Assembly: GCF_044647545.1 (NCBI RefSeq)
Contig: NZ_CP172818.1
Strand: one strand, 5' to 3'
Length of the DNA: 64,000 nt
DNA from: Escherichia coli
Lineage (GTDB): Bacteria > Pseudomonadota > Gammaproteobacteria > Enterobacterales > Enterobacteriaceae
Positions within the stretch are counted from its first letter, which is position 1. Each line of letters opens with the position of its first letter. The notes beneath the pieces are model-generated. The model was not told the origin of the DNA and did not search any database. It saw nothing but the letters and a program-made list of their open reading frames with translations. The position numbers were made by a program, and so were the translations under genes. Positions 18,421-29,725 of the stretch are shown here, piece after piece.

Positions 18421-19300
18421 ATCCCGGCAAAAAACACTCTTCAACACACTGAATAAAAATGTGCATCGCCGGGCTAACCGCTTTTCCGGCATGGTGAGCG
18501 CACATTGCCGTAATCGTCTGCGACTGTTCGCCAAAAGGCAATTCGATTAATTCGCCACTCGCAAGTTCATTTGCCACTGTAAAGCGCGGCAGGTAACTGA
18601 CCCCGATATTTGCCGCGACACAACGCTTGATGCTTTCGATACTTATAAGCTCAATGGTGTTTTCCACCGTGATCCGTCGCTGGCGCAGCGTGCTCTCAAA
18701 TATCTGGCGGAAGACACATTGCGGTTCATTGATAATAAAACTACAGGCGTTATGTCTTCCCTGCTCAGTAAAATCGACATCTGCAATTTGCGGTGAAGCC
18801 ACCAGCACCAGCGATTGTTCACCCAACTCTCGCCGGTTCAGAGCATTATCATTCCCTACGCGATAAAAAACCCCGACATCGGCCTCATCATTCAGTAGCG
18901 CATCACGGATCACGTAACAGTTCAGAGACTGCAACGATAAACGCACTTTTGGTGCGCGTTGCCGAAAACGCTGCAACACCTGCGGCATTCGGTAAGAGAG
19001 CAACGTTTCGCCTGAAACAACGCGTAGTTCCCCGTCCGGATCCGACTCTTTTTTGGCAGCCTCACGAAGGGTATCCATCACTCTGGTGAGTTCATAAATG
19101 TGCGGCAGCAGCTTTTTTCCTTCGCGGGTAAGGCACATTCGTCGACCAATTTTCTCAAATAACTGGACTGAGAACTCCTGCTCAAGCTGCTGAATATGAA
19201 AAGTCACCGTCGATTGTGTACAGCACAATTTTTGCGAAGCTCGCAAAAAGGAACCCTCTTCCACCACGGTTTTAAGTGTAATAAAACGGCGCAGATCCAT
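18419..19300 (-). CDS. yfiE: LysR-family transcriptional regulator
   Basis: Track ORF 18419..19345; internal Met at 19300 gives 293 aa; N-terminal HTH plus substrate-binding domain. Confidence 0.8.
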   Translation of the reverse strand: MDLRRFITLKTVVEEGSFLRASQKLCCTQSTVTFHIQQLEQEFSVQLFEKIGRRMCLTREGKKLLPHIYELTRVMDTLREAAKKESDPDGELRVVSGETLLSYRMPQVLQRFRQRAPKVRLSLQSLNCYVIRDALLNDEADVGVFYRVGNDNALNRRELGEQSLVLVASPQIADVDFTEQGRHNACSFIINEPQCVFRQIFESTLRQRRITVENTIELISIESIKRCVAANIGVSYLPRFTVANELASGELIELPFGEQSQTITAMCAHHAGKAVSPAMHIFIQCVEECFLPG

Positions 19301-19402
19301 AACCCCAAACCTATCGAAAATATCGAATTTAGAATGTAAAAACATTCATTTTTTTAAATGTTCCGTGTCGGGTACTGTCTACCAAAACAGAGGAGATAAC
19401 AA

Positions 19403-19990
19403 GTGACACCGACCCTTTTAAGTGCTTTTTGGACTTACACCCTGATTACCGCCATGACGCCAGGACCGAACAATATTCTCGCCCTTAGCTCAGCTACAAC
19501 GCACGGATTTCGTCAGAGTACTCGCGTGCTGGCAGGGATGAGTCTGGGATTTTTAATCGTCATGTTGCTATGCGCGGGAATTTCGTTTTCACTGGCTGTT
19601 ATCGACCCGGCAGCAGTGCATCTGTTGAGTTGGGCGGGGGCGGCATATATTGTCTGGCTGGCGTGGAAAATCGCTACCAGTCCAACAAAGGAAGATGGGC
19701 TTCAGGCAAAACCAATCAGTTTTTGGGCCAGCTTTGCTTTGCAGTTTGTGAACGTCAAAATCATTTTGTATGGCATTACAGCACTGTCGACGTTTGTCCT
19801 GCCGCAAACGCAGGCGCTAAGCTGGATAATTGGCGTCAGCGTTTTGCTGGCGATGATTGGGACGTTTGGCAATGTGTGCTGGGCGCTGGCGGGGCACCTG
19901 TTTCAGCGATTGTTTCGCCAGTATGGTCGCCAGTTAAATATCGTGCTCGCGCTGCTGCTGGTCTATTGCGCGGTACGCATTTTCTATTAA
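19403..19990 (+). CDS. eamB: LysE/RhtB-family cysteine/O-acetylserine exporter
   Basis: Track ORF 195 aa, polytopic membrane protein. Confidence 0.85.
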   Translation: MTPTLLSAFWTYTLITAMTPGPNNILALSSATTHGFRQSTRVLAGMSLGFLIVMLLCAGISFSLAVIDPAAVHLLSWAGAAYIVWLAWKIATSPTKEDGLQAKPISFWASFALQFVNVKIILYGITALSTFVLPQTQALSWIIGVSVLLAMIGTFGNVCWALAGHLFQRLFRQYGRQLNIVLALLLVYCAVRIFY

Positions 19991-19992
19991 TG

Positions 19993-20024
19993 AAAAAAGC
20001 GGAAGAGGTCGCCCTCTTCCGCTT
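19993..20024. terminator. Bidirectional terminator between eamB and grcA
   Basis: 10-bp perfect stem GCGGAAGAGG / CCTCTTCCGC, 4-nt loop, A-run upstream (T-run on minus strand). Confidence 0.7.
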
Positions 20025-20044
20025 AGTAACTTGCTACTTAAGCC

Positions 20045-20428
20045 TTACAGGCTTTCAGTAAAGGTACGAGCGATAACGTCGCGCTGCTGTTCCGGAGTCA
20101 GAGAGTTAAAGCGAACTGCATAACCGGATACACGGATGGTCAGCTGCGGATATTTTTCCGGATGCTTAACTGCATCTTCCAGAGTTTCACGACGCAGAAC
20201 GTTTACGTTCAGGTGTTGACCACCTTCAACGCGAACTTCTGGTTTCACTTCTACTGGAACTTCACGGTACTCAATGTCACCCAGTTTGCTTACTGCAACC
20301 ACTTCGTCTTCTGCAAAACCTGCTTTCGCAACGATGCAACGCGCTTCGCCTTTTTCGCTGTCCAGCAGCCAGAAAGAGTTCAGCAGATCGTCGTTAGCGG
20401 CTTTAGTAATCTGGATACCTGTAATCAT
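20045..20428 (-). CDS. grcA: Autonomous glycyl radical cofactor GrcA
   Basis: Track ORF 20045..20446; product starting [20 protein letters not shown] gives 127 aa; glycyl radical motif RVSGYAV. Confidence 0.92.
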
Positions 20429-20535
20429 GTGATGCCTCCCCGGCAAAATTATTTGATTTGTTCAGCCTGTCGCGGCCAATTGGTAAAACCATTGTTGCTT
20501 GAGTGTATATATACTCCTCAAACACCCTTGAATCT

Positions 20536-20549
20536 TTGATTTAAATCAA
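20536..20549 (-). promoter_or_regulatory. FNR binding site (promoter-proximal) upstream of grcA
   Basis: Perfect FNR consensus TTGAT-TTAA-ATCAA. Confidence 0.65.
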
Positions 20550-20588
20550 TAAAAACCACACATCAAGTATGGTCGCAAATGGATTTTA

Positions 20589-20602
20589 TTGTTTTACATC
20601 AA
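20589..20602 (-). promoter_or_regulatory. Second FNR-like site upstream of grcA
   Basis: TTGTT-TTAC-ATCAA, one mismatch to consensus; centre is 53 bp from the first site. Confidence 0.5.
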
Positions 20603-20732
20603 CTTATGCAGGTGTGAAATTTTACCAATTTACATTTTTTTGCACTCGTTTAAGTCTAAAAAATGAGCATGATTTTGTTCTGTAGAAAGAAGCAGTTAAG
20701 CTAGGCGGATTGAAGATTCGCGGGAGAGCGAG

Positions 20733-21422
20733 ATGGCAAACGAATTAACCTGGCATGACGTGCTGGCTGAAGAGAAGCAACAACCCTATTTTCTTAATAC
20801 CCTACAGACCGTCGCCAGCGAGCGGCAGTCCGGCGTCACTATCTATCCGCCACAAAAGGATGTCTTTAACGCGTTCCGCTTTACAGAGTTGGGTGACGTT
20901 AAAGTGGTGATTCTCGGCCAGGATCCTTATCACGGACCGGGACAGGCGCATGGTCTGGCATTTTCCGTTCGCCCCGGCATTGCGACACCGCCGTCACTGC
21001 TGAATATGTATAAAGAGCTGGAAAATACTATTCCCGGTTTCACCCGCCCTAATCATGGTTATCTTGAAAGCTGGGCGCGTCAGGGCGTTCTGCTACTCAA
21101 TACTGTGTTGACGGTTCGCGCAGGTCAGGCGCATTCCCACGCTAGCCTCGGCTGGGAGACGTTTACTGATAAAGTCATCAGCCTGATTAACCAGCATCGC
21201 GAAGGCGTGGTGTTTTTGTTGTGGGGATCGCATGCGCAAAAGAAAGGGGCGATTATAGATAAGCAACGCCATCATGTACTGAAAGCACCGCATCCGTCGC
21301 CGCTTTCGGCGCATCGTGGATTCTTTGGCTGCAACCATTTTGTGCTGGCAAATCAGTGGCTGGAACAACGTGGCGAGACGCCGATTGACTGGATGCCAGT
21401 ATTACCGGCAGAGAGTGAGTAA
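20733..21422 (+). CDS. ung: Uracil-DNA glycosylase
   Basis: Track ORF 229 aa; motifs GQDPYH and HPSPLS. Confidence 0.95.
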   Translation: MANELTWHDVLAEEKQQPYFLNTLQTVASERQSGVTIYPPQKDVFNAFRFTELGDVKVVILGQDPYHGPGQAHGLAFSVRPGIATPPSLLNMYKELENTIPGFTRPNHGYLESWARQGVLLLNTVLTVRAGQAHSHASLGWETFTDKVISLINQHREGVVFLLWGSHAQKKGAIIDKQRHHVLKAPHPSPLSAHRGFFGCNHFVLANQWLEQRGETPIDWMPVLPAESE

Positions 21423-21469
21423 ATTTGCGGGAAAATGCCGGATGGCAGAGTTGCCACCCGGCTGATTTA

Positions 21470-22507
21470 TCAGGCTTTATTCTGACGCCACCATTCGCCA
21501 AGAAGAACGCCGGTTGCGACAGAGATATTCAGCCCGGCAACGTTGCCAGTACCATCAATCTTCACGCGCAGATCGTTCGGATCGCGTGCGGCATCCGGTA
21601 ACCCTTCATATTCCTGACCCAGCACCAGTACCATTTTCGCTGGCAGACTGGTTTTGAACAGCGGTTTACCCTGCTCGCTGGAAGTTGTCACTACGGTGTA
21701 ACCCGCCTGACGGAAATCATCCAGCACGTTAACAATGTTGTCGCCAGTAATCGGCTGAACGTGCTCTGCGCCGCCTTCTGCGGTACGGATAGCCGCCCCA
21801 GACTCCAGCAGTGCTGCATCCTGCACCACAACACCTTTCACGCCGAAGTGCGCACAGCTACGCATCATGCCGCCCAGGTTATGCGGGTTAGATTCGTTTT
21901 CCAGGGCCAGTACACAATCCTGCGCGCCAGCCTGGCTTACCCACTGCTGCACGGTTGTACCGTTACGCTTTTTGATCAGGAAGCAAACGCCGCCGTGATG
22001 TTCCGTGCCTGACGCTTTTGTCAGTTCCGCTTCATCCACCACATGGTACGCTTTGCGGTTTGCCGCCATCCAGCGCAAGGCTTCTTTAAAACGTGGCGTT
22101 ACGCTCTGGATAAACCAGGCGCGAACAATCGCTTCCGGACGGCTCTGGAACAGTGCCTGACAGGCGTTTTCTCCGTAGACGCGGGTTTCTTCCGCACGCT
22201 GACGACGCAAAACTTCCGGATCAATAAAACTTTTACCACTGATGCCACCGTGATCGGCCTTTTCCGGCGTCTCATCACCCGGCGCGCGGGAAACTGTGCG
22301 CCACGGCGACTCTTCCCACTTGCGGTCACGGGGCTGACTCTGTTTGTCATCGCGGGCGGGGCGACGGCCACCGTCAGCACGAGATTTTCCTGGACGCCCG
22401 CCCCCTTTCCCGGTACGCGGGTTGTGGGTACGTTTATCAGAATCATCATCACTGCGGACATACATCACTTTGACCTTGCCGCTTTTACCTTTCATTTCAT
22501 CGTTCAT
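21470..22507 (-). CDS. yfiF: SpoU/TrmH-family RNA 2'-O-methyltransferase
   Basis: Track ORF 21470..22582; internal Met at 22507 gives 345 aa; basic Gly/Arg-rich N-terminal region and C-terminal SpoU-type domain. Confidence 0.8.
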   Translation of the reverse strand: MNDEMKGKSGKVKVMYVRSDDDSDKRTHNPRTGKGGGRPGKSRADGGRRPARDDKQSQPRDRKWEESPWRTVSRAPGDETPEKADHGGISGKSFIDPEVLRRQRAEETRVYGENACQALFQSRPEAIVRAWFIQSVTPRFKEALRWMAANRKAYHVVDEAELTKASGTEHHGGVCFLIKKRNGTTVQQWVSQAGAQDCVLALENESNPHNLGGMMRSCAHFGVKGVVVQDAALLESGAAIRTAEGGAEHVQPITGDNIVNVLDDFRQAGYTVVTTSSEQGKPLFKTSLPAKMVLVLGQEYEGLPDAARDPNDLRVKIDGTGNVAGLNISVATGVLLGEWWRQNKA

Positions 22508-22713
22508 GCTTTTCTCCACCAGCGCTGCGCGAAGCGCGCAGATTACCCGAAGTGCGCGCGGTTCGCCATGATTTCGTACCAAAGCCTACGACTATCATAC
22601 CTATTGAATAAAACAGATTGTTGTCTGGAACAATGTCCCCGATAATATGTAACATATTAGAAACATACCGGCGTCGTTGCCGATAAGTCTCCTTACTCAT
22701 CCCGAGGTTAGTT

Positions 22714-23133
22714 ATGAATACCGTTTGTACCCATTGTCAGGCCATCAATCGCATTCCCGACGATCGGATCGAAGATGCGGCAAAATGCGGACGCTGCGGT
22801 CACGACTTGTTTGACGGAGAGGTGATTAATGCGACCGGTGAAACGCTCGACAAATTGCTGAAAGATGATCTACCTGTGGTGATCGACTTCTGGGCACCGT
22901 GGTGCGGCCCCTGCCGTAATTTCGCGCCAATTTTTGAAGATGTCGCGCAAGAGCGTAGCGGTAAAGTGCGCTTTGTGAAAGTGAATACCGAAGCTGAACG
23001 TGAATTGAGCAGTCGCTTTGGAATTCGTAGTATACCGACGATCATGATTTTCAAAAACGGTCAGGTTGTCGACATGCTTAATGGCGCAGTACCGAAAGCG
23101 CCGTTTGATAGCTGGCTGAACGAATCTCTTTAA
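22714..23133 (+). CDS. trxC: Thioredoxin 2
   Basis: Track ORF 139 aa; N-terminal zinc-finger cysteine pairs (CTHC...CGRC) and WCGPC active site. Confidence 0.93.
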
Positions 23134-23139
23134 TCTTAC

Positions 23140-23166
23140 CGGGGCGCATCTTGTGCCCCGTTTTCT
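23140..23166 (+). terminator. Rho-independent terminator after trxC
   Basis: Stem CGGGGCGC / GTGCCCCG (one G-U pair) followed by TTTTCTCC. Confidence 0.55.
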
Positions 23167-23201
23167 CCTCTGCGACAATGGCGTTTTTTCGACGCTCTCT
23201 T

Positions 23202-23900
23202 ATGACCGAAAACGCTGTTCTCCAGTTACGCGCCGAGCGTATTGCGCGCGCAACACGTCCTTTTCTTGCCCGCGGTAATCGCGTTCGTCGCTGCCAACGC
23301 TGTCTTTTGCCAGAGAAATTATGTCTCTGTTCGACAATTACCCCAGCACAAGCAAAAAGTCGCTTCTGTTTGCTGATGTTCGACACCGAGCCAATGAAGC
23401 CCAGTAATACCGGGCGTCTGATTGCTGATATTTTGCCTGATACCGTTGCGTTTCAATGGTCGCGTACCGAACCCTCGCTAGATTTGCTGGATCTGGTACA
23501 AAACCCGGACTATCAGCCAATGGTGGTCTTTCCCGCCTCGTATGCTGATGAGCAACGGGAAGTGATCTTCACACCACCTGCCGGTAAGCCTCCGCTATTT
23601 ATCATGCTCGATGGTACCTGGCCGGAAGCTCGCAAGATGTTTCGTAAAAGTCCGTATCTGGATAATCTTCCCGTCATTTCCGTCGATCTTTCCCGGCTTT
23701 CTGCCTATCGCCTGCGTGAAGCCCAGGCTGAAGGCCAATATTGTACTGCCGAGGTAGCCATCGCACTGTTAGATATGGTCGGCGATACCGGGGCGGCGGC
23801 AGGGTTAGGCGAGCATTTTACCCGCTTTAAAACACGCTATCTGGCAGGAAAAACGCAACATCTGGGTAGCATCACAGCAGAACAGTTAGAAAGCGTTTAA
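23202..23900 (+). CDS. tapT: DTW-domain tRNA-uridine aminocarboxypropyltransferase
   Basis: Track ORF 23151..23900; internal Met at 23202 gives 232 aa; CxxC...CxC cysteine motif and DGTW motif. Confidence 0.8.
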   Translation: MTENAVLQLRAERIARATRPFLARGNRVRRCQRCLLPEKLCLCSTITPAQAKSRFCLLMFDTEPMKPSNTGRLIADILPDTVAFQWSRTEPSLDLLDLVQNPDYQPMVVFPASYADEQREVIFTPPAGKPPLFIMLDGTWPEARKMFRKSPYLDNLPVISVDLSRLSAYRLREAQAEGQYCTAEVAIALLDMVGDTGAAAGLGEHFTRFKTRYLAGKTQHLGSITAEQLESV

Positions 23901-23931
23901 AATCATTCGGTCACTTCTGCGGGAGACCGGT

Positions 23932-26592
23932 ATGAGTCAGCGAGGACTGGAAGCACTACTGCGACCAAAATCGATTGCGGTAATTGGCGCATCGATGAAA
24001 CCCAATCGCGCAGGTTACCTGATGATGCGTAACCTGCTGGCGGGAGGCTTTAACGGACCGGTACTCCCGGTGACGCCTGCCTGGAAAGCAGTGTTGGGTG
24101 TGTTGGCCTGGCCGGATATTGCCAGCTTGCCCTTTACACCAGACCTTGCGGTTTTATGTACCAATGCCAGCCGTAATCTTGCTCTTCTGGAAGAGCTCGG
24201 CGAGAAAGGCTGTAAAACCTGCATTATTCTTTCCGCCCCGGTATCGCAACACGAAGATCTCCGCGCCTGCGCCCTGCGCCATAACATGCGCCTGCTTGGA
24301 CCAAACAGTCTGGGTTTACTGGCTCCCTGGCAAGGTCTGAATGCCAGCTTTTCGCCTGTGCCGATTAAACGCGGCAAGCTGGCGTTTATTTCGCAATCGG
24401 CTGCTGTCTCCAACACCATCCTCGACTGGGCGCAACAGCGTGAGATGGGCTTTTCCTACTTTATTGCGCTCGGCGACAGCCTGGATATCGACGTTGATGA
24501 ATTGCTCGACTATCTGGCACGCGACAGTAAAACCAGCGCCATCCTGCTCTATCTCGAACAGTTAAGCGACGCGCGACGCTTTGTTTCGGCGGCCCGTAGT
24601 GCCTCGCGCAATAAACCGATTCTGGTGATTAAAAGCGGACGTAGCCCGGCGGCTCAACGTCTGTTGAACACCACGGCAGGAATGGATCCGGCGTGGGATG
24701 CGGCTATTCAGCGTGCCGGTTTGTTGCGGGTACAGGATACCCACGAACTGTTTTCGGCGGTGGAAACCCTTAGCCATATGCGCCCGCTGCGTGGTGACCG
24801 GTTGATGATTATCAGCAACGGTGCTGCGCCTGCCGCGCTGGCGCTGGATGCCTTATGGTCACGCAATGGCAAGCTGGCAACGCTAAGCGAAGAAACCTGC
24901 CAGAAACTGCGCGATGCACTGCCTGGACATGTGGCAATCTCTAACCCTCTCGATCTGCGCGATGACGCCAGCAGCGAGCATTATGTCAAAACGCTGGACA
25001 TTCTGCTCCACAGCCAGGATTTTGATGCGCTGATGGTTATTCATTCGCCCAGCGCCGCTGCTCCCGCAACAGAAAGCGCGCAAGCATTAATTGAAGCGGT
25101 AAAGCATCATCCCCGCAGCAAGTATGTTTCTCTGCTGACGAACTGGTGTGGCGAGTACTCCTCGCAAGAGGCACGACGATTATTCAGTGAAGCCGGGCTG
25201 CCGACCTATCGCACACCGGAAGGAACCATCACTGCTTTTATGCATATGGTGGAGTACCGGCGTAATCAGAAGCAACTACGCGAAACGCCGGCGTTGCCCA
25301 GCAATCTGACCTCCAATACCGCAGAAGCGCATCTTCTGTTGCAACAGGCGATTGCCGAAGGGGCTACGTCGCTTGATACCCATGAGGTTCAGCCCATCCT
25401 GCAAGCGTATGGCATGAACACGCTCCCCACCTGGATTGCCAACGATAGCACCGAAGCGGTGCATATTGCCGAACAGATTGGTTATCCGGTGGCGCTGAAA
25501 TTGCGTTCGCCGGATATTCCACATAAATCGGAAGTTCAGGGCGTCATGCTCTACCTGCGTACAGCTAATGAAGTCCAGCAAGCGGCAAACGCTATTTTCG
25601 ATCGCGTAAAAATGGCCTGGCCGCAGGCGCGGATCCACGGCCTGTTGGTGCAAAGTATGGCTAACCGTGCTGGCGCTCAGGAGTTGCGGGTTGTGGTTGA
25701 GTACGATCCGGTTTTCGGGCCGTTGATCATGCTGGGCGAAGGCGGTGTGGAGTGGCGTCCTGAAGATCAAGCCGTCGTCGCGTTACCACCGCTGAACATG
25801 AACCTGGCCCGCTATCTGGTTATTCAGGGGATCAAAAGTAAAAAGATTCGTGCGCGCAGTGCGCTACGCCCCTTGGATGTTGCAGGCTTGAGCCAGCTTC
25901 TGGTACAGGTTTCCAACTTGATTGTCGATTGTCCGGAAATTCAACGGCTGGATATTCATCCTTTGCTGGCTTCTGGCAGTGAATTTACCGCGCTGGATGT
26001 CACGCTGGATATCGCGCCGTTTGAAGGCGATAACGAGAGCCGGCTGGCAGTGCGCCCTTATCCGCATCAGCTGGAAGAGTGGGTAGAATTGAAAAACGGT
26101 GAACGCTGCTTGTTCCGCCCGATTTTGCCAGAAGATGAGCCACAACTTCAGCAGTTCATTTCGCGAGTCACCAAAGAAGATCTTTATTACCGCTACTTTA
26201 GCGAGATCAACGAATTTACCCATGAAGATTTAGCCAACATGACGCAGATCGACTACGATCGGGAAATGGCATTTGTAGCGGTACGACGTATTGATCAAAC
26301 GGAAGAGATCCTCGGCGTCACGCGTGCGATCTCCGACCCTGATAACATCGATGCCGAATTTGCCGTGCTGGTTCGCTCGGATCTCAAAGGGTTAGGCTTA
26401 GGTCGACGCTTAATGGAAAAATTGATTACCTATACGCGAGATCACGGACTGCAACGTCTGAATGGTATTACGATGCCAAACAATCGTGGCATGGTGGCGC
26501 TGGCCCGCAAGCTCGGGTTTAACGTTGATATCCAGCTCGAAGAGGGGATCGTTGGGCTTACGCTAAATCTTGCCCAGCGCGAGGAATCATGA
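23932..26592 (+). CDS. patZ: Protein lysine acetyltransferase (acyl-CoA synthetase-like domain plus C-terminal GNAT)
   Basis: Track ORF 886 aa; CoA-binding N-terminal region and GNAT-type C-terminus. Confidence 0.9.
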   Translation: MSQRGLEALLRPKSIAVIGASMKPNRAGYLMMRNLLAGGFNGPVLPVTPAWKAVLGVLAWPDIASLPFTPDLAVLCTNASRNLALLEELGEKGCKTCIILSAPVSQHEDLRACALRHNMRLLGPNSLGLLAPWQGLNASFSPVPIKRGKLAFISQSAAVSNTILDWAQQREMGFSYFIALGDSLDIDVDELLDYLARDSKTSAILLYLEQLSDARRFVSAARSASRNKPILVIKSGRSPAAQRLLNTTAGMDPAWDAAIQRAGLLRVQDTHELFSAVETLSHMRPLRGDRLMIISNGAAPAALALDALWSRNGKLATLSEETCQKLRDALPGHVAISNPLDLRDDASSEHYVKTLDILLHSQDFDALMVIHSPSAAAPATESAQALIEAVKHHPRSKYVSLLTNWCGEYSSQEARRLFSEAGLPTYRTPEGTITAFMHMVEYRRNQKQLRETPALPSNLTSNTAEAHLLLQQAIAEGATSLDTHEVQPILQAYGMNTLPTWIANDSTEAVHIAEQIGYPVALKLRSPDIPHKSEVQGVMLYLRTANEVQQAANAIFDRVKMAWPQARIHGLLVQSMANRAGAQELRVVVEYDPVFGPLIMLGEGGVEWRPEDQAVVALPPLNMNLARYLVIQGIKSKKIRARSALRPLDVAGLSQLLVQVSNLIVDCPEIQRLDIHPLLASGSEFTALDVTLDIAPFEGDNESRLAVRPYPHQLEEWVELKNGERCLFRPILPEDEPQLQQFISRVTKEDLYYRYFSEINEFTHEDLANMTQIDYDREMAFVAVRRIDQTEEILGVTRAISDPDNIDAEFAVLVRSDLKGLGLGRRLMEKLITYTRDHGLQRLNGITMPNNRGMVALARKLGFNVDIQLEEGIVGLTLNLAQREES

Positions 26593-26705
26593 GTAAGGTA
26601 CTGGAAATGTTGACCACTTAATCGGGACTGGTGTTATTATTGCCCGCTTATGTCGTCTGCATTGCACAGAGGACCCTTCAATGAACAGAGAAGAAATGCA
26701 CTGTG

Positions 26706-28061
26706 ATGTTGTCAAAATTTAAGCGTAATAAACATCAACAACACCTTGCCCAACTACCCAAGATTTCTCAATCAGTTGATGATGTCGATTTCTTTTACGC
26801 TCCCGCCGACTTCCGGGAGACGCTGCTGGAAAAAATAGCCAGCGCGAAGCAGCGCATTTGCATTGTCGCCCTGTATCTCGAACAGGATGACGGTGGCAAA
26901 GGCATTCTGAACGCGTTGTATGAGGCTAAAAGGCAGCGTCCGGAACTGGATGTACGGGTGCTGGTCGACTGGCATCGTGCACAACGTGGACGCATTGGCG
27001 CTGCGGCATCTAACACTAACGCTGACTGGTACTGCCGCATGGCGCAGGAAAATCCGGGCGTAGATGTTCCGGTTTATGGCGTTCCAATCAATACCCGTGA
27101 AGCCCTTGGTGTTCTGCACTTTAAAGGCTTTATCATCGACGATAGCGTACTTTATAGCGGTGCCAGCCTGAACGATGTTTACCTGCATCAGCACGATAAA
27201 TATCGCTACGACCGTTATCATCTGATCCGTAACCGTAAGATGTCAGACATTATGTTTGAATGGGTTACACAGAATATTATGAATGGCCGCGGCGTTAATC
27301 GTCTGGATGATGTTAATCGGCCAAAAAGCCCGGAAATCAAGAACGACATTCGCCTGTTCCGCCAGGAGCTGCGTGATGCCGCTTATCATTTCCAGGGCGA
27401 TGCCGACAACGATCAGCTTTCCGTAACGCCGCTAGTGGGGCTGGGGAAATCGAGTCTGTTGAACAAGACCATTTTCCATCTTATGCCTTGTGCCGAGCAG
27501 AAACTAACCATCTGTACGCCATACTTCAACCTGCCAGCAATCCTTGTGCGCAATATTATCCAGTTGCTGCGCGAAGGGAAAAAGGTCGAAATTATTGTTG
27601 GTGATAAAACCGCGAATGACTTCTACATTCCGGAAGATGAACCTTTCAAGATAATTGGCGCATTGCCTTATCTCTATGAGATCAATCTGCGTCGTTTCCT
27701 GAGCCGTTTGCAGTATTACGTCAATACTGACCAGTTAGTGGTTCGGTTATGGAAAGACGACGACAACACCTATCACCTGAAAGGGATGTGGGTTGATGAT
27801 AAGTGGATGCTGGTAACCGGCAATAACCTGAACCCGCGCGCCTGGCGTCTGGATCTGGAAAACGCCATTTTGATCCACGATCCACAACTGGAGCTTGCGC
27901 CGCAGCGAGAGAAAGAACTGGAGCTGATCCGCGAGCATACCACCATCGTTAAGCACTATCGCGATCTGCAAAGTATTGCCGATTATCCGGTGAAGGTTCG
28001 TAAACTCATCCGCCGTTTGCGCCGTATCCGCATCGACCGATTAATTAGCCGCATCCTGTAA
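26706..28061 (+). CDS. pssA: CDP-diacylglycerol--serine O-phosphatidyltransferase
   Basis: Track ORF 26703..28061 (GTG); ATG at 26706 gives 451 aa starting MLSKFKRNKHQQHL. Confidence 0.93.
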   Translation: MLSKFKRNKHQQHLAQLPKISQSVDDVDFFYAPADFRETLLEKIASAKQRICIVALYLEQDDGGKGILNALYEAKRQRPELDVRVLVDWHRAQRGRIGAAASNTNADWYCRMAQENPGVDVPVYGVPINTREALGVLHFKGFIIDDSVLYSGASLNDVYLHQHDKYRYDRYHLIRNRKMSDIMFEWVTQNIMNGRGVNRLDDVNRPKSPEIKNDIRLFRQELRDAAYHFQGDADNDQLSVTPLVGLGKSSLLNKTIFHLMPCAEQKLTICTPYFNLPAILVRNIIQLLREGKKVEIIVGDKTANDFYIPEDEPFKIIGALPYLYEINLRRFLSRLQYYVNTDQLVVRLWKDDDNTYHLKGMWVDDKWMLVTGNNLNPRAWRLDLENAILIHDPQLELAPQREKELELIREHTTIVKHYRDLQSIADYPVKVRKLIRRLRRIRIDRLISRIL

Positions 28062-28066
28062 TCACA

Positions 28067-28094
28067 ACCCCGTCCTGTACGGGGTTTGTTTTTT
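28067..28094 (+). terminator. Rho-independent terminator after pssA
   Basis: Stem ACCCCGT / ACGGGGT with 5-nt loop followed by a T-run. Confidence 0.6.
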
Positions 28095-28106
28095 GGAGGC
28101 CACGTT

Positions 28107-28430
28107 TTGCGTATTCTTTTTGTCTGTTCGCTATTGTTACTTTCTGGATGCAGCCATATGGCTAACGATAGCTGGAGCGGGCAGGATAAAGCTCAACACT
28201 TTATCGCCTCGGCGATGCTTTCCGCCGCCGGAAATGAATATTCACAGCATCAGGGGATGAGCCGGGATCGCAGTGCCATGTTTGGATTGATGTTCTCTGT
28301 CAGTTTGGGGGCGTCAAAAGAGCTTTGGGATAGCCGCCCCGAAGGGAGCGGCTGGAGCTGGAAGGATTTTGCCTGGGATATCGCCGGTGCAAGCACCGGC
28401 TATACCGTCTGGCAACTGACCCGTCACTAA
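28107..28430 (+). CDS. yfiM: Small lipoprotein
   Basis: Track ORF 28086..28430; TTG at 28107 preceded by GGAGG with 7-nt spacing gives 107 aa; lipobox LLSGC; 4-bp convergent overlap with kgtP. Confidence 0.7.
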
Positions 28431-29725
28431 AGACGCATCCCCTTCCCTTTGCGATGTAGCATCAAAGAAACCAGAAACGCCACCACGGCCATCAAGGTCA
28501 CATACCAGAAGAAGGCTGTTTCCATTCCTATTGATTTCAGCGACAACGCTACGTACTCCGCCGAACCACCAAATATAGCATTGGCGACCGCATATGACAG
28601 ACCAACACCTAATGCGCGAACCTGGGCCGGGAACATTTCAGCCTTCAGTATTCCACTGATTGAAGTATAAAAACTCACTATCAGCAGGGCACACATCACC
28701 AGACCAAAAGCGGCATAAGGCGAGGAAACGTTTTGCAATGCTGAGAGAATAGGAACGGTAAAAATGGCTGCCAGCGAACCGAAACATAACATTGAGGTAC
28801 GGCGACCAATCTTATCCGACAGCGCGCCAATGAGTGGTTGAATAAGCATGAATACAAACAATGCGGCAGTCATAATGCCACTCGCCACGTTGGCATGCAT
28901 TCCCGCAGTATTTACCAGATACTTCTGCATATAAGTGGTGAAGGTATAGAAACAAAGGGAGCCCGCAGCGGTAAAACCGAGAACCATGATGAATGCACGG
29001 CGATTGCGCCATAATCCTTTCAGAGATCCAGCTTCTTTTAAAGCGCGCGTTTCTTGTTGTGAAGTTTCATCTAACTGACGACGTAACCACAACGCCACAA
29101 CAGCTAACACAGCTCCTAACGCGAAAGGAATACGCCATCCCCACTCTCTGAGTGCAGCGTCTTCCATGGTGTGTTGTAAAACCACGACAACCAGTAGAGC
29201 TAGCAGTTGCCCGCCGATCAACGTCACATACTGAAATGATGCGTAAAAACCTTTGCGCCCTTCAACGGCAACTTCACTCATATAGGTGGCGCTGGTGCCA
29301 TATTCTCCGCCAACGGATAATCCCTGGAATAAACGAGCAAGAAGCAATAATGCCGGAGCCCAGGTACCGATTGTTTCGTAGCCTGGCAAACAGGCGATAA
29401 CCAGTGAGCCGAAACACATCATACACACCGATAATAGCATCGATTTTTTGCGACCATGTTTATCGGCTATGCGGCCAAATAGCCAACCGCCTATTGGGCG
29501 CATCAGAAATCCCGCAGCAAAAACACCTGCTGTTTGTAGTAGTTGAGTCGTCGTGTTCCCGGAAGGGAAGAAGATGTGGGCAAAGTAGAGTGAACAGAAC
29601 GAGTAGACATAGAAATCGAACCACTCGACCAGATTACCTGAAGAGGCCCCCACAATCGCCCAAATGCGGCGACGAGTATCACTACTTGTCAGTTTGCTGT
29701 CTGCCGTTACAGTACTTTCAGCCAT
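28427..29725 (-). CDS. kgtP: Alpha-ketoglutarate:proton symporter (MFS)
   Basis: Track ORF 432 aa, 12-TM MFS-type sequence. Confidence 0.93.

Noticed and set aside
22043-22645. 200-aa plus-strand ORF antisense to yfiF
   Set aside because: Antisense to the SpoU methyltransferase gene; shadow ORF.
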